Positions 44,782 through 61,777 of a stretch of DNA of 64,000 nt are shown piece by piece. Location: assembly GCF_009914755.1 (NCBI RefSeq), contig NC_060940.1, one strand, 5' to 3'. Made by a program: the position numbers and the translations under genes. The notes under the pieces are model-generated. The model worked only from the letters and a program-made list of their open reading frames with translations, was not told where the DNA came from and ran no database searches. Source of the stretch: the human T2T-CHM13v2.0 reference genome, Homo sapiens. Each line of letters opens with the position of its first letter. Within the stretch, counting starts at the first letter, position 1.

Positions 44782-47700
44782 AACTTCTTTGTGATGTGTG
44801 CATTTATCTCACAGAGTTGAACCTTTCTTTTGATTGGGCAGTTTGGAAACAGTCTTTTTGTAGAATCTGTAAAGTGATATGTTTCAGCGGTTTGAGTCCT
44901 ATGGTGAAAAAGGAGATATCAAAAAATAAAATGTAGACAGCAGCTTTCTGAAAAACTTCTTTGTGATGTGTGCATTCATCTCACAGGGTTGAAACTTTCT
45001 TTTGATTGAGCAGTTTGGAAACAGTCTTTTCATAGAACATGCAAAGTGATATTTGTGAACTGTTTGAGGCTTATGGTGAAAAAGGAAATATCTTCACATA
45101 AAAACTAGACTCATGTTTTCTGGGAAACTTCTTTGTGATGGGTGTATGCATCTCAAAGAGTTGAATCTTTGTTTTGATTGAGCAGTTTGGAAACACTCTT
45201 TTTGGAGAATCTGCAAAGGGATGTTTTTGAGTGGTGTGAGGCATGTGGTGAAAAAGGAAATATCTTCATATAAAAACTAGACAGAAACATTATGATAAAT
45301 CACTTTGTGATGTGTGCATTCATCTCACAGAGTTGAATTTTCTTTCATTGAGCAGTTTGGAAACAGTCTTTTTGTAGAATATGCAAAGGGATATTTGTGA
45401 GCTTTTTGAGGCCTATTGTGAAAAAGGAAATCTCCACAAATAAAATCTAGACAGAACCCTTCTGAGAAACTTCTTTGTGATGTGTGTGTTCATCACACAG
45501 AATTGAACCTTTCTTTTGATTGAGCAGTTTGGAAACAGTCTTTTCATAGAATCTGCAAAGGAAAATTTGTGAACGCTTTGAGGCTCATGGTGAAAAAGAA
45601 GTATCTTCACATAAAAACTAGACAGAAACCTTCTGAGAAACTTCTTTGTGATATGCACTTTCATCTCACACAGCTGAACTTTCGTTTGATTGAGCAGTTT
45701 GGAAACTGTCCTTTAGTAGAATCTGAAAACGGTTATTTATGAGCAGTTTGAGGCCTACGGTGAAAAACGGAGTATCAACAAATAAAACCTAGACAGAAAC
45801 TTTCTGAGAAACTTCTCTCTGATGTGTGCATCCATCTCACAGAGTAAAAACTTTCTTTGATTGAGCAGTTTGGAAACAGTCTTTTTGTAGAATCTGCAAA
45901 GGGATATATGTAGGCAGTTTCAGGTCTATCATGAAAACGGAAATATCTTCACATAAAAACTAGACAGAAGGTTTCTGAGAAAATTCTTTGAGATGTGCTC
46001 ATTCATCTCACAGATTTGAAGTGTTCTTTTCATTGACCAGCTTGGATAGAGTCTTTTTGTAGAATCTGCTTTGTGATATTTGTGAGCCCTTTGAAGCCTA
46101 TGGTGAAAAAAGAAATATCTTCACACAAAAACTAGACAGAAGTTTCTGAGAAACTTCGTTGTGATGTGTGCATTCATCCCAAAGAGTTGAACCTGTCTTT
46201 GGATTAAGCAGTTTGGAAACAGTCCTTTGTAGAATGTACAAAGGGATATTTGAGATCCCTTTTTGGCCTATGGTGAAAAAGGAAATGTCTTCACATAAAA
46301 ACTAGACAGAAGCATTCTGAGAAACTTCTTTTTGATCTGTTCATTCTTCTCACAGAGTTGAACCTTTCTTTAGATAGAGCAGGTTGGAAAATGCCTTTTT
46401 GTAGAATCTGCAAGTTGATAATTTGAATGCTTTGAGACTTACGGTGAAAAAGGAAATATCTTCACATAAAAACTGGATGGAAGCTTTCTAGAAACTTCTT
46501 TGTGATGTGTGCATTCATCTCAAAGAGTTGAAGCTTTGTTTCAGTTGAGCAGTTTGGGAACAGTCTTTTTGTAAAATCTGTAAAGGGACATTTGTGAGCA
46601 CTTTGAGGCCTATATTGAAAAAGGAAGCATCTTCAAATAAAAACTAGACAGAAGCTTTCTGAGAAACTTCTTTGTGATGTGTGCATTCACCTCACAGAGT
46701 TGACCCTTTCTTTTGATTGAGTAGTTTGGAAACACTCTTTTTGTAGAATCTGCAAAGGGTTATTTATGAGTGGTTTGAGGCCTATGGTGAAAAAAAGAGT
46801 ATCAGCAAATAAAAACTAGACAGAAACTTTCTGGGAAAATTCTCTGTAATGTGTGCATTCATCTCACAGCGTGGAAGCTTTCTTTGATTGAGCAGGTTGG
46901 AAATAGTCTTTTTGTAGAATCTGCAAAGGGATATATGTGGGTGGTTTGAGGTCTATCGTGAAAATGGAAATATCTTCACATAAAAACTAACTGTTCAATG
47001 GGAAGAAACTTTTACTTGAGTGTGATGAATGCACACGTCACAAAGGAGTTACTCAGAAAACTTCTTTCTACTTTTAATGTGAAGATATTTCCTTTTTCAC
47101 CATATGCCTCAACACACTCCCAGATATCCCTTTGCAGATTCTACAAAAAGACTGTTTCCAAACTGCTCAATAAACAGAATGGTTCAACCCTGTGAGACGA
47201 ATGTGCACATCACAAAGAAGTTTCTCAGAAAACTTCCTTCTCGTGTTTATGTGAAGATATTTCCTTTTTTAACATAGGCCTCAATTCACTCTCAAATATA
47301 CCTTTGCAGAATCTACAAAAAGACTGTTTCCAAAGTGCTCAATCAAAAGAAAGTTTCAACTCTGTGAGATGAATGCACACATCAGAAAGTAGTTTCTCAG
47401 CAAGCTTCTCACTAGTTTTTATGTGAAGATAGTTCCTTTTTCAATGTGGGTCTCAAAGCACTCAAAAATATCCCTTTGCAAACTCTAGAATAACAGAGTT
47501 TACAAACTGCTCAATGAAAAGAAACGTTTACCTCTGTGAGATGAATACACATATCTTAAAGCAGCTTCTCAGAATGCTTCTTTCTAGTTTTTATGTGAAG
47601 ATATTTCCTTTTTCACCATAGGCCTCAATGCACTCCTAAATATCCCTTTGCAGATTGTACAAAAAGACTGTTTCCAAACTGCTCAATCAAAAGAAATGTT

Positions 47701-50700
47701 AAACTCTATGAGATAAATGCACACATCACAAAAAGTTTCTCAGAATACTTTTTTCTAGTTTTTATGTGAAGTTAATTCCTTATTCACCATAGGCCTCAAA
47801 GCACTACAAATATCCCTCTGCAGATTCTACAAAAAGACTGTTTGCAAACTGCTCAATCCAAAGAATGTTTCAACTCTGTGAGATGAATGCACACACCACA
47901 AAGAAGTTTCTCAGAAACTTTCTTTATGGTTTTTCTGTGAAGATATTTCCTTTTTCACCATAGGCCTCAAAGCCCTCACAAATATCCCTTTGCAGATTCT
48001 ACAAAAAGACTGTTTCCAAACCGCTCAATAAAAATAATTATTGACCACTGTGAGATGAATGCACACAGCTCAAAGAAGTTTCTCAGAATCCTTCAGTCTG
48101 ATTTTTATATGAATATATTTCCTTTTAAGGCCTCAAAGCACTCCAAATATCCATTTGCAGATTTTACAAAAAGACTGTTTCCAAATGGCTCAATCAAAAC
48201 AAAGGTTCAACTCTGTGTGATGAATGCACACATCATGAAAAAGTTTCTCAGAATGCTTCTGTCTAGATTTTATGTGAAGATACTTGCTTTTTCACCATAG
48301 GCCTCAAAGTGCTCACAAATATCCCTTTACAGATTCTACAAAAATACTTTTTCCAAATTGCTCAATCAAAAGAAAGGTTCAACTCTGTGAGATGTATGCA
48401 CACCACAAAGAGGTTTCTCAGAAAGCTTCTCTCTAGTTTTTATGTGAAGATATTTCCTTTTTGACCATAGGCCTCCAAGTGTTCACAAATATCCCTTTGC
48501 AGATTCTACAAAAAGACTCTTTACACATTGCTCAATCAAAAGAATATTTCAACTCTGTGACGTGAATGCTCACATCACCAGGATGTTTCTCAGAAAGCTT
48601 CTGTGTAGTTTTTATGTGAAGATATTTCCTTCTTCACCATACGCCTCAAAGGGCTCACAAATATCCCTTTGCAGATTTTACAAGAAAAGAGTTTCCAATC
48701 TTCTCAATGAAAAGAGACACATCTGGGAGATGAATGAACATATGACAAAGCAGTTTCTGAGAAACATTCTGTCTAGTTTTTATGTGAAGGTATCTCCTTT
48801 TTCACCACAGGATGCAAAGCGCTCAAAATTGTTGCTTTGCAGAATCTACAAAAACATTGTTTCCACACTGCTCATCAAAGGAAAGGTTCGCATCTGTGAG
48901 ATGAATGCATGTGTCAAAAAGAAGTTTCTCAGAAAGCTTCTATTAAGTTTTCATGTGAATGTTTCCTTTTTCACCATGAGCCTCAAAGTGCTCACAAATA
49001 TCCAGTTGAGGAATATTTAAAAAGACTGTTTCCAAACCGCTCAACCAAAAACAAAAGGTTGAACTGTGTGAGATGAATGCACACATCACAAAGAAGTTTC
49101 TCAGAAACTTTCTTTATAGTTTTTCTGTGAAGATATTTCCTTTTTCACCATAGGCCTCAAAGCCCTCACAAATATCGCTTTGCAGATTCTACAAAAACAC
49201 TGCTTCCAAACCACTCAATAAAAAGAATTATTGAACTTTGTGAGATGAATGCACACATCTCAAAGAAGTTTCTCAGAAACCTTCAGTCTGGTTTTTATGT
49301 GAATATATTTCCTTTTTCACCATAGGCCTCAAAGTGCTCCAAATATCCATTTGCAGGTTCTACAAAAAGACTGTTTCCAAACGGCTCAATGAAAAGAAAG
49401 TTTCAAGTTTGTGAGATGAATGCACACATCACTGAGAAGTTTCACAGGAAGCTTCTGTCTAATTTTTATATGAAGACATTTCCTTTTTCACCATAGGCCT
49501 CCATCTGTTCACAAATATCCCTTAGCAGATTCTACAAGAACAGAATGTCCAGACTGATCAAAGAAAACAAACGTCTTTCTCTGTGAGATGAATACACACA
49601 TCACAAAACTGTTTCTCAGAAACCTTCTTTATACTTTTTATGTGATGATATTTCTTTTTTCTCCCTAGGACAAAAAGCACTCAAAAATATCCCTTTGCAG
49701 ATTCTACAAAAAGATTGTTTCCAAACTGCTCAATCAAAAAAATAGTTCAACTCCATGAAATGAATGCATACATCCAAAGAAGTTTATCAGAAACCTTCTT
49801 TATAGTTTTTATGTGAAGATATTTCCTTTTTCACCATAGGCCTCAAAATGCTCAGCAATATTCCCTTGCAGATTCTGCAAAAAGACTGCTTCCCACCTGC
49901 TCAATCAAATAAATGTTTAAACTCTGTGAGACGGATGCACACATTACAAAGAGGTTTCTCAGAAATCTTCTGTCCATTTTTTATGTGAAGATATTTCTTT
50001 TTTCACCATAGCACTCAAAGTTCTGACAAATATCCCTTGCAGATTCCACAAACAGACCGTTTTCATACTGCTCAATCAAAAGTAAGTTTCATCTTTGTGA
50101 GATGAATGCCCACATCACATAGAGATTTCTCAGAAAGCCTCTCTCTAATTTTTATGTGAAGATATTTCCTTTTTCACCATAGGCCTCAAAGCACTCACAA
50201 ATATCCCTTTGCAGACTCTACAAGAACAGTTTCCAGACTGACCAGAGAAAAGAAACGTTTACCTCTGTGAGATGAATGCATATATCACAAAGCTGTTTCT
50301 GAGAAACCTTGTTTATACTTTTTATGTGAATATATTTCCTTTTTCACCATAGGTCTCAAAGCACTCATAAATATCCCTTTGCAGATTCTACAAAAAGACT
50401 GTTTCCAAACTGTTCAATCAAAAGAATGGTTGAACTCTGTGAGATGAATACACACATCACAAAGAAGTTTCTCAGAAAGCTTCTGTCTAGTTTTTATGTG
50501 AAGATATTTCCTATTTCATCATAGGTCTCATAGCTCTCAAAAATATGCCTTTACAGATTCTACAGAAATACCGTATCCAAATTGCTCAATCCAAAAAGAG
50601 GTTCAAATCTGTGAGATGAATGCACACAACACAAGGAGGTTTCTCAGAAAACTTCTCTCTAGTTTTCATGTGAAAATATTTCCTTTTCCACCATAGGCTT

Positions 50701-53700
50701 CAAAGCATCACAAATATTCCTTTGCAGATTCTACCTACCAAAATACTGTTTACAAACTGCTCAATCAAAAGAATGTTTCAACTCTGTGAGATGAGTTCTC
50801 ACATCTCCAAGATGTTTCACAGAAAGCTTCTGTCTAGTTTTTACTTGAAGATGATTCCTTTTTCACCATACACCTCAAAGCACTGACAAATATCCTTTTG
50901 CAGATTTTACAAGAACAGAATTTCCAATCTGCTCAAAGGAGAGAAATTGTTACCTCTGTGAGATGAAAGCACACATCGCAAAGCAGTTTCTCAGAAATAT
51001 TCTGTCTAGTATTTATGTAAAGATAATTCCTTTTTCAACACAGGACACAAAGCGTTAACTAATAACCCTTTGGAAATTCTGCAAAATACTGTTTCCAAAT
51101 TGCTCATCAAAAGAAAGGTTCATCTCTGTGGGATGAATGATGAATGCATATATCAAAAAGATGTTTCTCAGAAAGCTTCTATCTTGTTTTTATGTGAATG
51201 TGTTTCCTTTTTCACCATGGGCCTCAAAGTGCTCAAAAATATCCCTTTGCAGATCCCAAAAAAAGACTGTTTTCAAACTGCTGAGTGAAAGGAATGGTTC
51301 AACTCTATGAGATGAATGCACACATCACAAAGAAGTTTCTCACAAACCTTCTTTATAGTTTTTATGTGAAGATATTACCTTTTAACCATAGAACTCAAAG
51401 CACTCACAAATATACCTTTGCAGATTCTACAAAAAGACAGTTTCCCAACTGCTCAATCAAAAGAATTGTTGAACTCTGTGAGATGAATGCATACATCACA
51501 AAGCAGTTTCTCAGAATTCTTTAGTCTAGTTTTTATGTGAAGATATTTTCTCTTTCACCATAGGCCTCAAAGTGCTCAGAAATATCCCTTTACAGATTCC
51601 ACAAAAAGACATTTCCAAACTGCTCAATCAAAAGAAAGTTTCAATTTTGTGAGATAAATGCACACATCACCAAGAAGTTTCTCAGTATGCTTCTGTCTAG
51701 TTTTTATGTGAAGACAATTCCTTTTTCACCATAGGGCTCTATGCACTCACAAATACCCCTTAGCAGATTCTAAAACAACAGAGTTTCCCAAATGATCAAA
51801 GAAAAGAATCGTTTACCTCTGTGAGATGAACACAGACATCACAAAACTGTTTCTCAGAAAACTTCTTTATAGTTTTCTGTGAAGATACCACTTTTTCTGC
51901 ATAGGCCTCAAAGTGCTCACAAATATCCGTTTGCAGATTCTGCAAAAATACTGTTTCCAAACTGCTGAATCAAAAGAGAGGTTCAAAACTGTGAGATGAA
52001 TGCACATATCACAAAGAAGTATTTCAGAAACTTTCCTTATACTTTGTAGGTGAAGATATTTCCTTTGGCAACATAGGCCTCAAAGTGATCAAAAATAACC
52101 CTTTTCAGATTGTACAAGAACAGAGTTCCCAGCCTGATCAAAGAAAAGAAATGCTTACTTCTGTGAGATGAATGCACACATCACAAGGCTGTTTTTAGGA
52201 AACCTGCTTCACAGTTGTTCTGTGAAGATACTTCCTTTCCCACCATAGGCCTCACAGCATTCCAAATATCCACTTGCAGATTCTACAAAAAGAGTGTTTC
52301 CAAACTGCTCAATCAAAGGAAAGGTTGAACTCTGTGAGATGAATGCAAACATCACAAAGAAGTTTCTCATAATGCTTCTGTCTAATTTTTATGTTAAGGT
52401 ATTTCCTTTTCCACCATAGGCATCAAAGTGCTCCAAATATCCACAAGCAGATACGACAAAAAGACTGTTTCCAAACTGCTCAATCAAAAGTGTGGTTCAA
52501 CTCTCTCAGATGAATACACACATCACTAAGAATTTTCTCAGAATGCTTCTGTCTAGTTTATATATGAAGATATTTCCTTTCCCAACATAGGCATCAAATC
52601 ACCTCAAATATTCACTTGCAGATTCTACAAAAAGAGGATTTCAAAACTGGTCAATCAAAAGAAAGTTGGAACTCAGTGAGATGAATGCACACATCACAAA
52701 GAAGTTTCTCAGAATGCTTCTATCTAGTTTTTATGTGAAGATATTTCCTTTTCCACTCTAGGCCGCAAAGCGCTCCATATATGCAATTGCAGATCCTGCA
52801 AACAGACAGTTTCAAAACTGCTCAATCAAAAGAAAGGTTCAAGTCTGTGAGTTCAATGCACACATCACAAAGAAGTTTCTCAGAAGGCTTCTGTCTCGTT
52901 TTTATGTGGAGATATTTCCTTTTCCAACATTGGGCTAAAAGCGACACAAATATCCACTTGCAGATTCTACAAAAAGAGTATTTCAAAAATGCTCAATCAA
53001 AAGAAAGGCTCAACACTGTGAGATGAATGCACACATCACAAAGCAGTTTCTCAGAATGCTTCTGTCGAGTTTTTATGTGAAGATATTTCCTTTTCCACTA
53101 GAGTCCACAAAGCACTCCAGATATCCAATTTCAGATTCTACAAAAAGAGTGTTTAAAAACTGCTCAAACAAAAGAAAGTTTCAACTCTGTGAGTTGAGTG
53201 CACACAGCACAAATAAGTTTCTCAGATTGTTTCTGTCTAGATTTTATGTGAAGATATTCCCTTTTCCACCATAGGCCCCAAAGCGCACCAAATATCCACT
53301 TGCAGATTCTACAAAAAGTATGTTTCAAAACTCCTCAATCAAAAGAAAGGTTCAACTCTGTTAGGTGAATGCATACATCACAAAGAAGTTTCTCAGAATG
53401 CTTCTGTCTAGTTTTTATGTGAAGATATTTCCTTTTCCACTAGAGGCTGCCAAGTGCCAAAATATCCACTTGCAGATACTACAACAAGAGTGTATCAAAA
53501 CTGCTCAATCAAAAGAAATGTTCAACTCTTTGAGGTAATGCACACATCACAAAGAAGTTTCTCAGAATGCTTCTGTCTAATTTTTATATGAAGATGGTTC
53601 CTTTTCCACCATAGGCCTTAAAACACTCCAAATATCGAATTGCAGATACCACAATAAGACTATTCCCAAACTGCTCAAACAAAACAGGTGTTCAACTCTG

Positions 53701-56700
53701 TGAGTTGAATGCACACATAACAAAGAAGTTTCTCAGAATCCTTCTGTCTAGTTTTTATGTGAAGATATTTCCTTTTCCATCGTAGTCCAACAATCGCTCC
53801 AAATATCCACTTGCAGATTGTACAAAAAGAGTGTTTCAAAACTGCTGAATCAAAACAAAGGTTCAACTCTGTGAGATGAATGCAAACATCACAAAGAAGT
53901 TTCTCAGAAAGATTTTGTCTAATTTTTATGTTAAGGTATTTCCTTTTCCACCATAGGCCTCAAATCATTCCAAATATCCACTTGCAGATTCTACAAAAAG
54001 AGTGTTTCAAAACTTCTCAATCAAAAGAAAAGTTCAATTCTGTGATAGGAATGCACACATCACAATGAAGTTTCTCAGAATGCTTCTGTGTAGTTTTTAT
54101 GTGAAGATATTTCCTTTTGAACGTAGCCCTCAAAGCACTAAAATATACAATTGCAGATTCTACAAAAAGAGTGTTTCAAAATTGCTGAGTCAAAAGAAAC
54201 GTTCAATTCAGTGAGATGAATGCACCCATCAAAAAGAAGTTTCTCAGAATGCTTCTGTCTAGTTTTTATGTGAAGCTATTTCCGTTTCCAGTAGAGGCCA
54301 CAAAGTGCTCCAAATATCCACTTGAAGATTCTATAAAAAGAGGGTTTCAAAACTGCTCAATGAAAAGAAAGGTTTAACTATGTGAGGTCAATGCACATAT
54401 CACAAAGAAGTTTTTCAGAATGCTTCTCTGTAGTTCTTATGTGAAGATATTTCCTTTTCCACCATGAGCCTCAAAGCACTCCAAATATACATTTGCAGAT
54501 ACTAGAGAAACACTGTTTCCAAACTGCTCAATCAAAAGAAAGTTTCAACTCTGAGAGTTGAATACATACATCACAAAGAAGTTTCTCAGAATTCTCTGTG
54601 GTTTTTATGTGAAGTTATTTCCTTTTCCACCATAGGCCTCAAAGCGCTCCAAGAATTCAATTGCAGATTCTACAAAAAGCCTTTTTCCAAACTGCTCAAT
54701 CAATAGAAAGGTTCAACTCTGTGAGTTGAATGCACATATCACAAAGAATTTTCTCAGAATGCTTCTGTCTAGTTTTTAAGTGAAGATAGTTCCTTTTTCA
54801 CCTTAGGCCTCAAAGCACTCAAATATCCATTGCAGATTCTACAAAAAGTGTGTTTCAAAACTGCTCAATCCAAAAAAAGGTTTAACTCTGTGAGTTGAAT
54901 GCACACGTCACAAAGAAGTTTCTCAGAATGATTCTGTCTAGGTTTTATGTGAATATATTACCTTTTCCACTTTAGGCCACAAAGCTCTGCAAATATCCAC
55001 TTGAAGATTCTACAAAAAGAGTGTTTCAAAACTGTTTAATGAAAAGAAATTTCAACACTGTGAGATGAATGCACACATCACAAAGAAGTTTCTCAGAATG
55101 CTTCCATCTAGTTTTTATGTGAAGATATTTCCTTTTCCACCATAGGCTGCAAAGTGCTCCAAATATCCACATGCAGATACTACAAAAAGACTGTTTCCAA
55201 ACTGGTCAATAAAAAGAGTAGTTCAACTCTTCCAGATGAATGCAAACATCACGAAGTTTCTCAGAATGCTTCTGTCAAGATTTTATGTGAAGATATTTCC
55301 TTTTCAAATATAGGCCTCTAAGTGCTCCTAATATACATTTGTAGATGCTACAAAAAGAAAGTTTCCAAACTGCTCAATAAAAAGATAGGTCCAACTCTGT
55401 GTGCTGAATGCACACATCTCAAAGAAGTTTCTCAGAATGCTTCTCTCTAGTTTTTATGTGAAGATGTTTCCTTTTCCACCAGCGGCTGCAAAGCACTCCA
55501 AATATCCATTTGCAGATTCTACAAAAAGACTGTTTCCAAACTGCTCAATCAAAAGTAAGTTTCAGCTCTGTAAGAAGAAGGCACACATCACAGAGAAGTT
55601 TCTCAGAACGTTCCTGTCTTGTTTTTATGTGAAATTACTTTTAGTTTCCCTAGAGGCCACAAAAGGGCTCAGAAATATCCCTTTGCAGATTCTACAAAAT
55701 GACTGATTGAAAACTGCTCAATCTAAAGAACGGTTCAACTCTGTGAGATGAATGCACACATCAAAAAGAAGTTTCCCAGAATGCTTCTGTCTAGTTTTTT
55801 ATGGAAAGATATTTCCGTTTCCACCACAGGACTCAAAGCACTCCAAATATCCAATTGCAGATCCCACAAAAAGAGTGTTTCAAAACTGCTCAATCAAAAG
55901 AAAGTTTCAACACTGAGATGAATGCACACATCACAAAGAAGTTTCTCAGAATGCTTCTGTCCACTTTTTATGTGACGACATTTAATTTTACACCATAGAC
56001 CTCAAAGCACTCCAAATATCCACTTGCAAATCCTACAAAAAGTGTGTTTCAAAACTGCTTAATTAAAAGAAAGTTTCAACTCTGTGAGATGAATGCACAC
56101 ATCACCAAGAAGTTTTTCAGAATGCTTCTGTCTAGTGTTTATGTGAAGATATTTCCTTTTCCAATAAAGGTCACAAATGATGTAAAATATCCACTTGCAG
56201 ATTCTACAAAAAGGGTGTTTAAAAACTGCTCAATCAAAAGAAAGGTTAAACGTTATGAGTTGAATTCACCCATCACAAACAAGGTTCTCAGAATGCTTCT
56301 GTCTAGTTTTTATATGAATATATTTCCTTTTCCACCATAGGCCTCAAAGTGCTCCAAATATCCACTTGCAGATTCTACAAAAACAGTGTTTACAAACTGC
56401 TCAGTCAAAAGAAAGTTTCAACACTGTGAGATGATTGCACACACCACAAAGAAGTTTCTCAGAATGCTTCTATGTAGTTTTTATATGACGGTATTTCCTT
56501 TTCCACAACAGGCCTGAAAGCAATCCAAGTATCCACTTCCAGATTCTACAAAAAAAGTTTTTCTGCCCAGTCAAAAGAAAGGCTCAACTGTGAGAGATGA
56601 ATGCACACATCACAAAGAAGTTTTTCAGAATACTTCTGCATAATTTTTATGTGAAGATAATTCCTTTTCCACCGTAGGCATCAAAGGGCTCCCAATTTCC

Positions 56701-58965
56701 ACCTACAGATTCTACAAAAAGAGAGATTCAAAACTGCTGAATCAACAGATATGTTCAACTCTGTGAGTTGAATGCAGACATGACAAAGAAGTTTTTCAGA
56801 ATGCTTCTGTCTAGTGTTTATGTGAAGATATTTCCATTTCCAATATAGTCCTCGAAGTGCTCCAAATATCCAATTGTAGATTCTAAAAAAAGGGTGTTTC
56901 AGAACTGTTCAATGAAATCAAATGTTCAACACTGTGAGATGAATGCGCACATCACAAAGAAGTTTCTCAGAATGCTTCTGTGTAGTTTTTATGTGAAGAT
57001 ATTTCCTTTTCCAGCATAGGCCTCAAAGCACTCCAAATATCCACTTGCAGATTGTACAAAAAGAGTGTTTCAAAACTGCTGAATCAATAGAAAGGTTCAA
57101 CTCTGTGAGATGAATGCACACATCACAAAGAAGTTTCTCAGAATGCCTCTGTATAGTTTTTATGTGAAGATATTTCCTTTTCCACAATAGGCCTCAAAGC
57201 GCTTCAAATATCCACTTGCAGATTCTACAAAAAGAGTGTTTCAGAACTGCTCAATCAAAAGAAAGTTTCAACTCCGTGAGATGAATGCACACATCACAAA
57301 GAAGCTTCTCAGAATGCTTCTGTGTAGTTTTTATGTGAAGATATTTCCTTTTCCAAAACAGGCTGCAAAGAGCTCCTAATATCCACTTGTAGATTCTACA
57401 AAAAGAGAGATTCAAAACTGCTCAATCAAAAGATAGGTTCAACTCTGTGAGTTGAATGCTCGCATCACAAAGAAGTTTCTCAGAATGCTTCTGTCTGTTT
57501 TTTATGGGAAGATATTTCCGTTTCCACCATAGGCTTCAAAGTGCTCCAAATATCCACTTGCAGATTCTACAAAAAGAGTGTTTCCAAACTGCTCAATCAA
57601 AAGAAAAGTTCAACACTGTGAGATGAATGCACACATCACAAAGTAGTTTCTCAGAATGCTCCTATGTAGTTTTTATCTGAAGATATTTCCTTTTCCACTA
57701 TAGGCCTCAAAGTGCTCCAAATATCCAATTGCAGATTCTACAAAAAGAGAGTTTCAGAACTGCTCAATCAATACGAAGGTTCAACTCTGTGAGATGAATG
57801 CACACATCAAGAAGAAGTTTCTCAGAATGCTTCTGTCTACTTTTTATGTGAAGATATTTCCTTTTCCACCATAGGCCTCAAAGTGCTTCAAACATCCACT
57901 TGCAGATCCTACAAAAAGAATGTTTCAAAAGTGCTCAATCAAAAGAAAGTTTCAACTCTGTGAGATGAGTGCACACATCACAAAGATGTTTCTCAGAATG
58001 CTTCTGTGTAGTTTTTATGTGAAGATATTTCCTTTTCCACGATAGGCCTCAAAACGCTCTAAATATCCAAATGCAGATTCTACAAAAAGAGAGATTCAAA
58101 ACTGCTCAATCAAAATGAAGGTTCAACTCTGTTAGATGAATGCCCACATCCCAAAGAAGTTTCTCAGAATGCTTCTGTGTACTTTTTATGTGAAGATATT
58201 TCCTTTTCCACAACAGACCTCAAAGCGCCTCAAATATCTACTTACAGATTCTTCCAAAAGAGTATTTCCAAAGTGCTCAATCAAAAGAAAGGTTCAATTC
58301 CGTGAGATGAATGCACATATCACAGAGAAGTTTCTCAGAATGCTTCTATGTACTTTTTATTTGAAGATATTTCCTATTCCACAGTGGTCCTCTAAGCTCC
58401 CCAAATATCCATTTGCAGATTCTACAAAAAGAGTGTTTCAAGACTGCTCAATCAAAAGAAAGGTTCAACTCTGTTAGGTGAATGCACACAACACAAAGAA
58501 GTTTCTGAGAATCCTTCTGTGGGCTTTTTATGTGAAGATATTTCCTTTTCCACCATACGCCACAAAGGGCTGAAAATATGCACTTGCAGATTCTACAAAA
58601 AGAGAGTTTCAAAACTGGTCTATCAAAAGATAGGTTCAGGTATGTGGGTGGAATGGACACATCACAAAGAACTTTCTCAAAATGCTTCTGTGTAGTTTTT
58701 TTCTGAAGATATTTCCTTTTCAACAATAGGCCTCAAAGTGCCCCAAGTATCCACTTGCAGATTCTACAAAAAGATAGATTAAAAAGTGCTCAATCCAAAC
58801 ATAGGTTCAATTCTGTAAGATGAATGCACACATCACAAAGAAGTTTCTCAGAATGCTTCTTCTGTATATTATTTATGTGAAGATATTTCTTTTCCACAGT
58901 AGGTCTCAAAGTGCTCCAAATATCCACTTGCAGATTCTACAAAAAGAGTGTTTCAAAACTGCTCA

Positions 58966-59409
<444 letters not shown>

Positions 59410-60394
59410 TCAAATATCCACTTCCAGATTCTATAAAAAACAGCGTTTCATAACTGCTCAATCAAAAGAAACTTTCAACTCTGTGAGATGAATTTATACA
59501 TCAGAAAGTAGTTTCTCAAAATGCTTCTGTGTAATTTTTATGTGAAGATATTTCCTTTTCTACCATAAGCCACAAAGGGCTCCAAATATCCACTTGCATA
59601 TACTACAAAAAGAGAGTTTCAAAAATGCTCTATCAAAAGAAAGGTTCAAGACTGTGAGTTGAATGCACGCATCACAAAGAAGTTTCTCAGAATGCTTCTG
59701 TATATTTTTTATGTGAAGATATTTCCTTTTCCACAGTAGGCCTCAAAGTGCTCCAAATATCCACTTGCAGATTCTACAAAAAGAGTGTTTCAAAACTGCT
59801 CAATCAAAAGAAAGATTCAACTCTGTGAGAAGAATGCACACATCACAAAGAAGTTTCTCAGAATGCTTCTGTGTAGTTTTTATGTGAAGATATTCCCTTT
59901 TCCACCATAGGCCACAAAGGGCTCCAAATATACACTTGCAGATTCTACACAAAGAGAGTTTCAAAGCTGCTCTATCGAAAGATAGGTTCAGTTCTGTGAT
60001 TTCAATGCACATATAACAAAGAAGTTTCTAAGAGTGCTTCTGTGTAGTTTTTATATGAAGATACTTCCTTTTCCAAAATAGGCTGCAAAGGGCTTCAAAT
60101 AACCACTTGGAGATACTAAAAAAAGAGAGATTCAAAACTGCTAAATCAAAGGATAGGTTCAACTATTGGAGTTGAATGCGCACATCACAAAGAAGTTTCT
60201 CAGAATGCTTCTGTGTAGTTTTTATGTGAAGATATTTCTTTTTCCACTATAAGGCTCAAAACACTCCAAATATCCACCTGCAGATTCTACAGAAAGAGTG
60301 TTTCCAAACTGCTCAATGATAAGATAGGTTCAAATCTGTGAGATGAATGCACACATCACAAAGAAGTTTCTCAGAATGCTTCTGTGTAGTTTTT

Positions 60395-61777
<1,383 letters not shown>
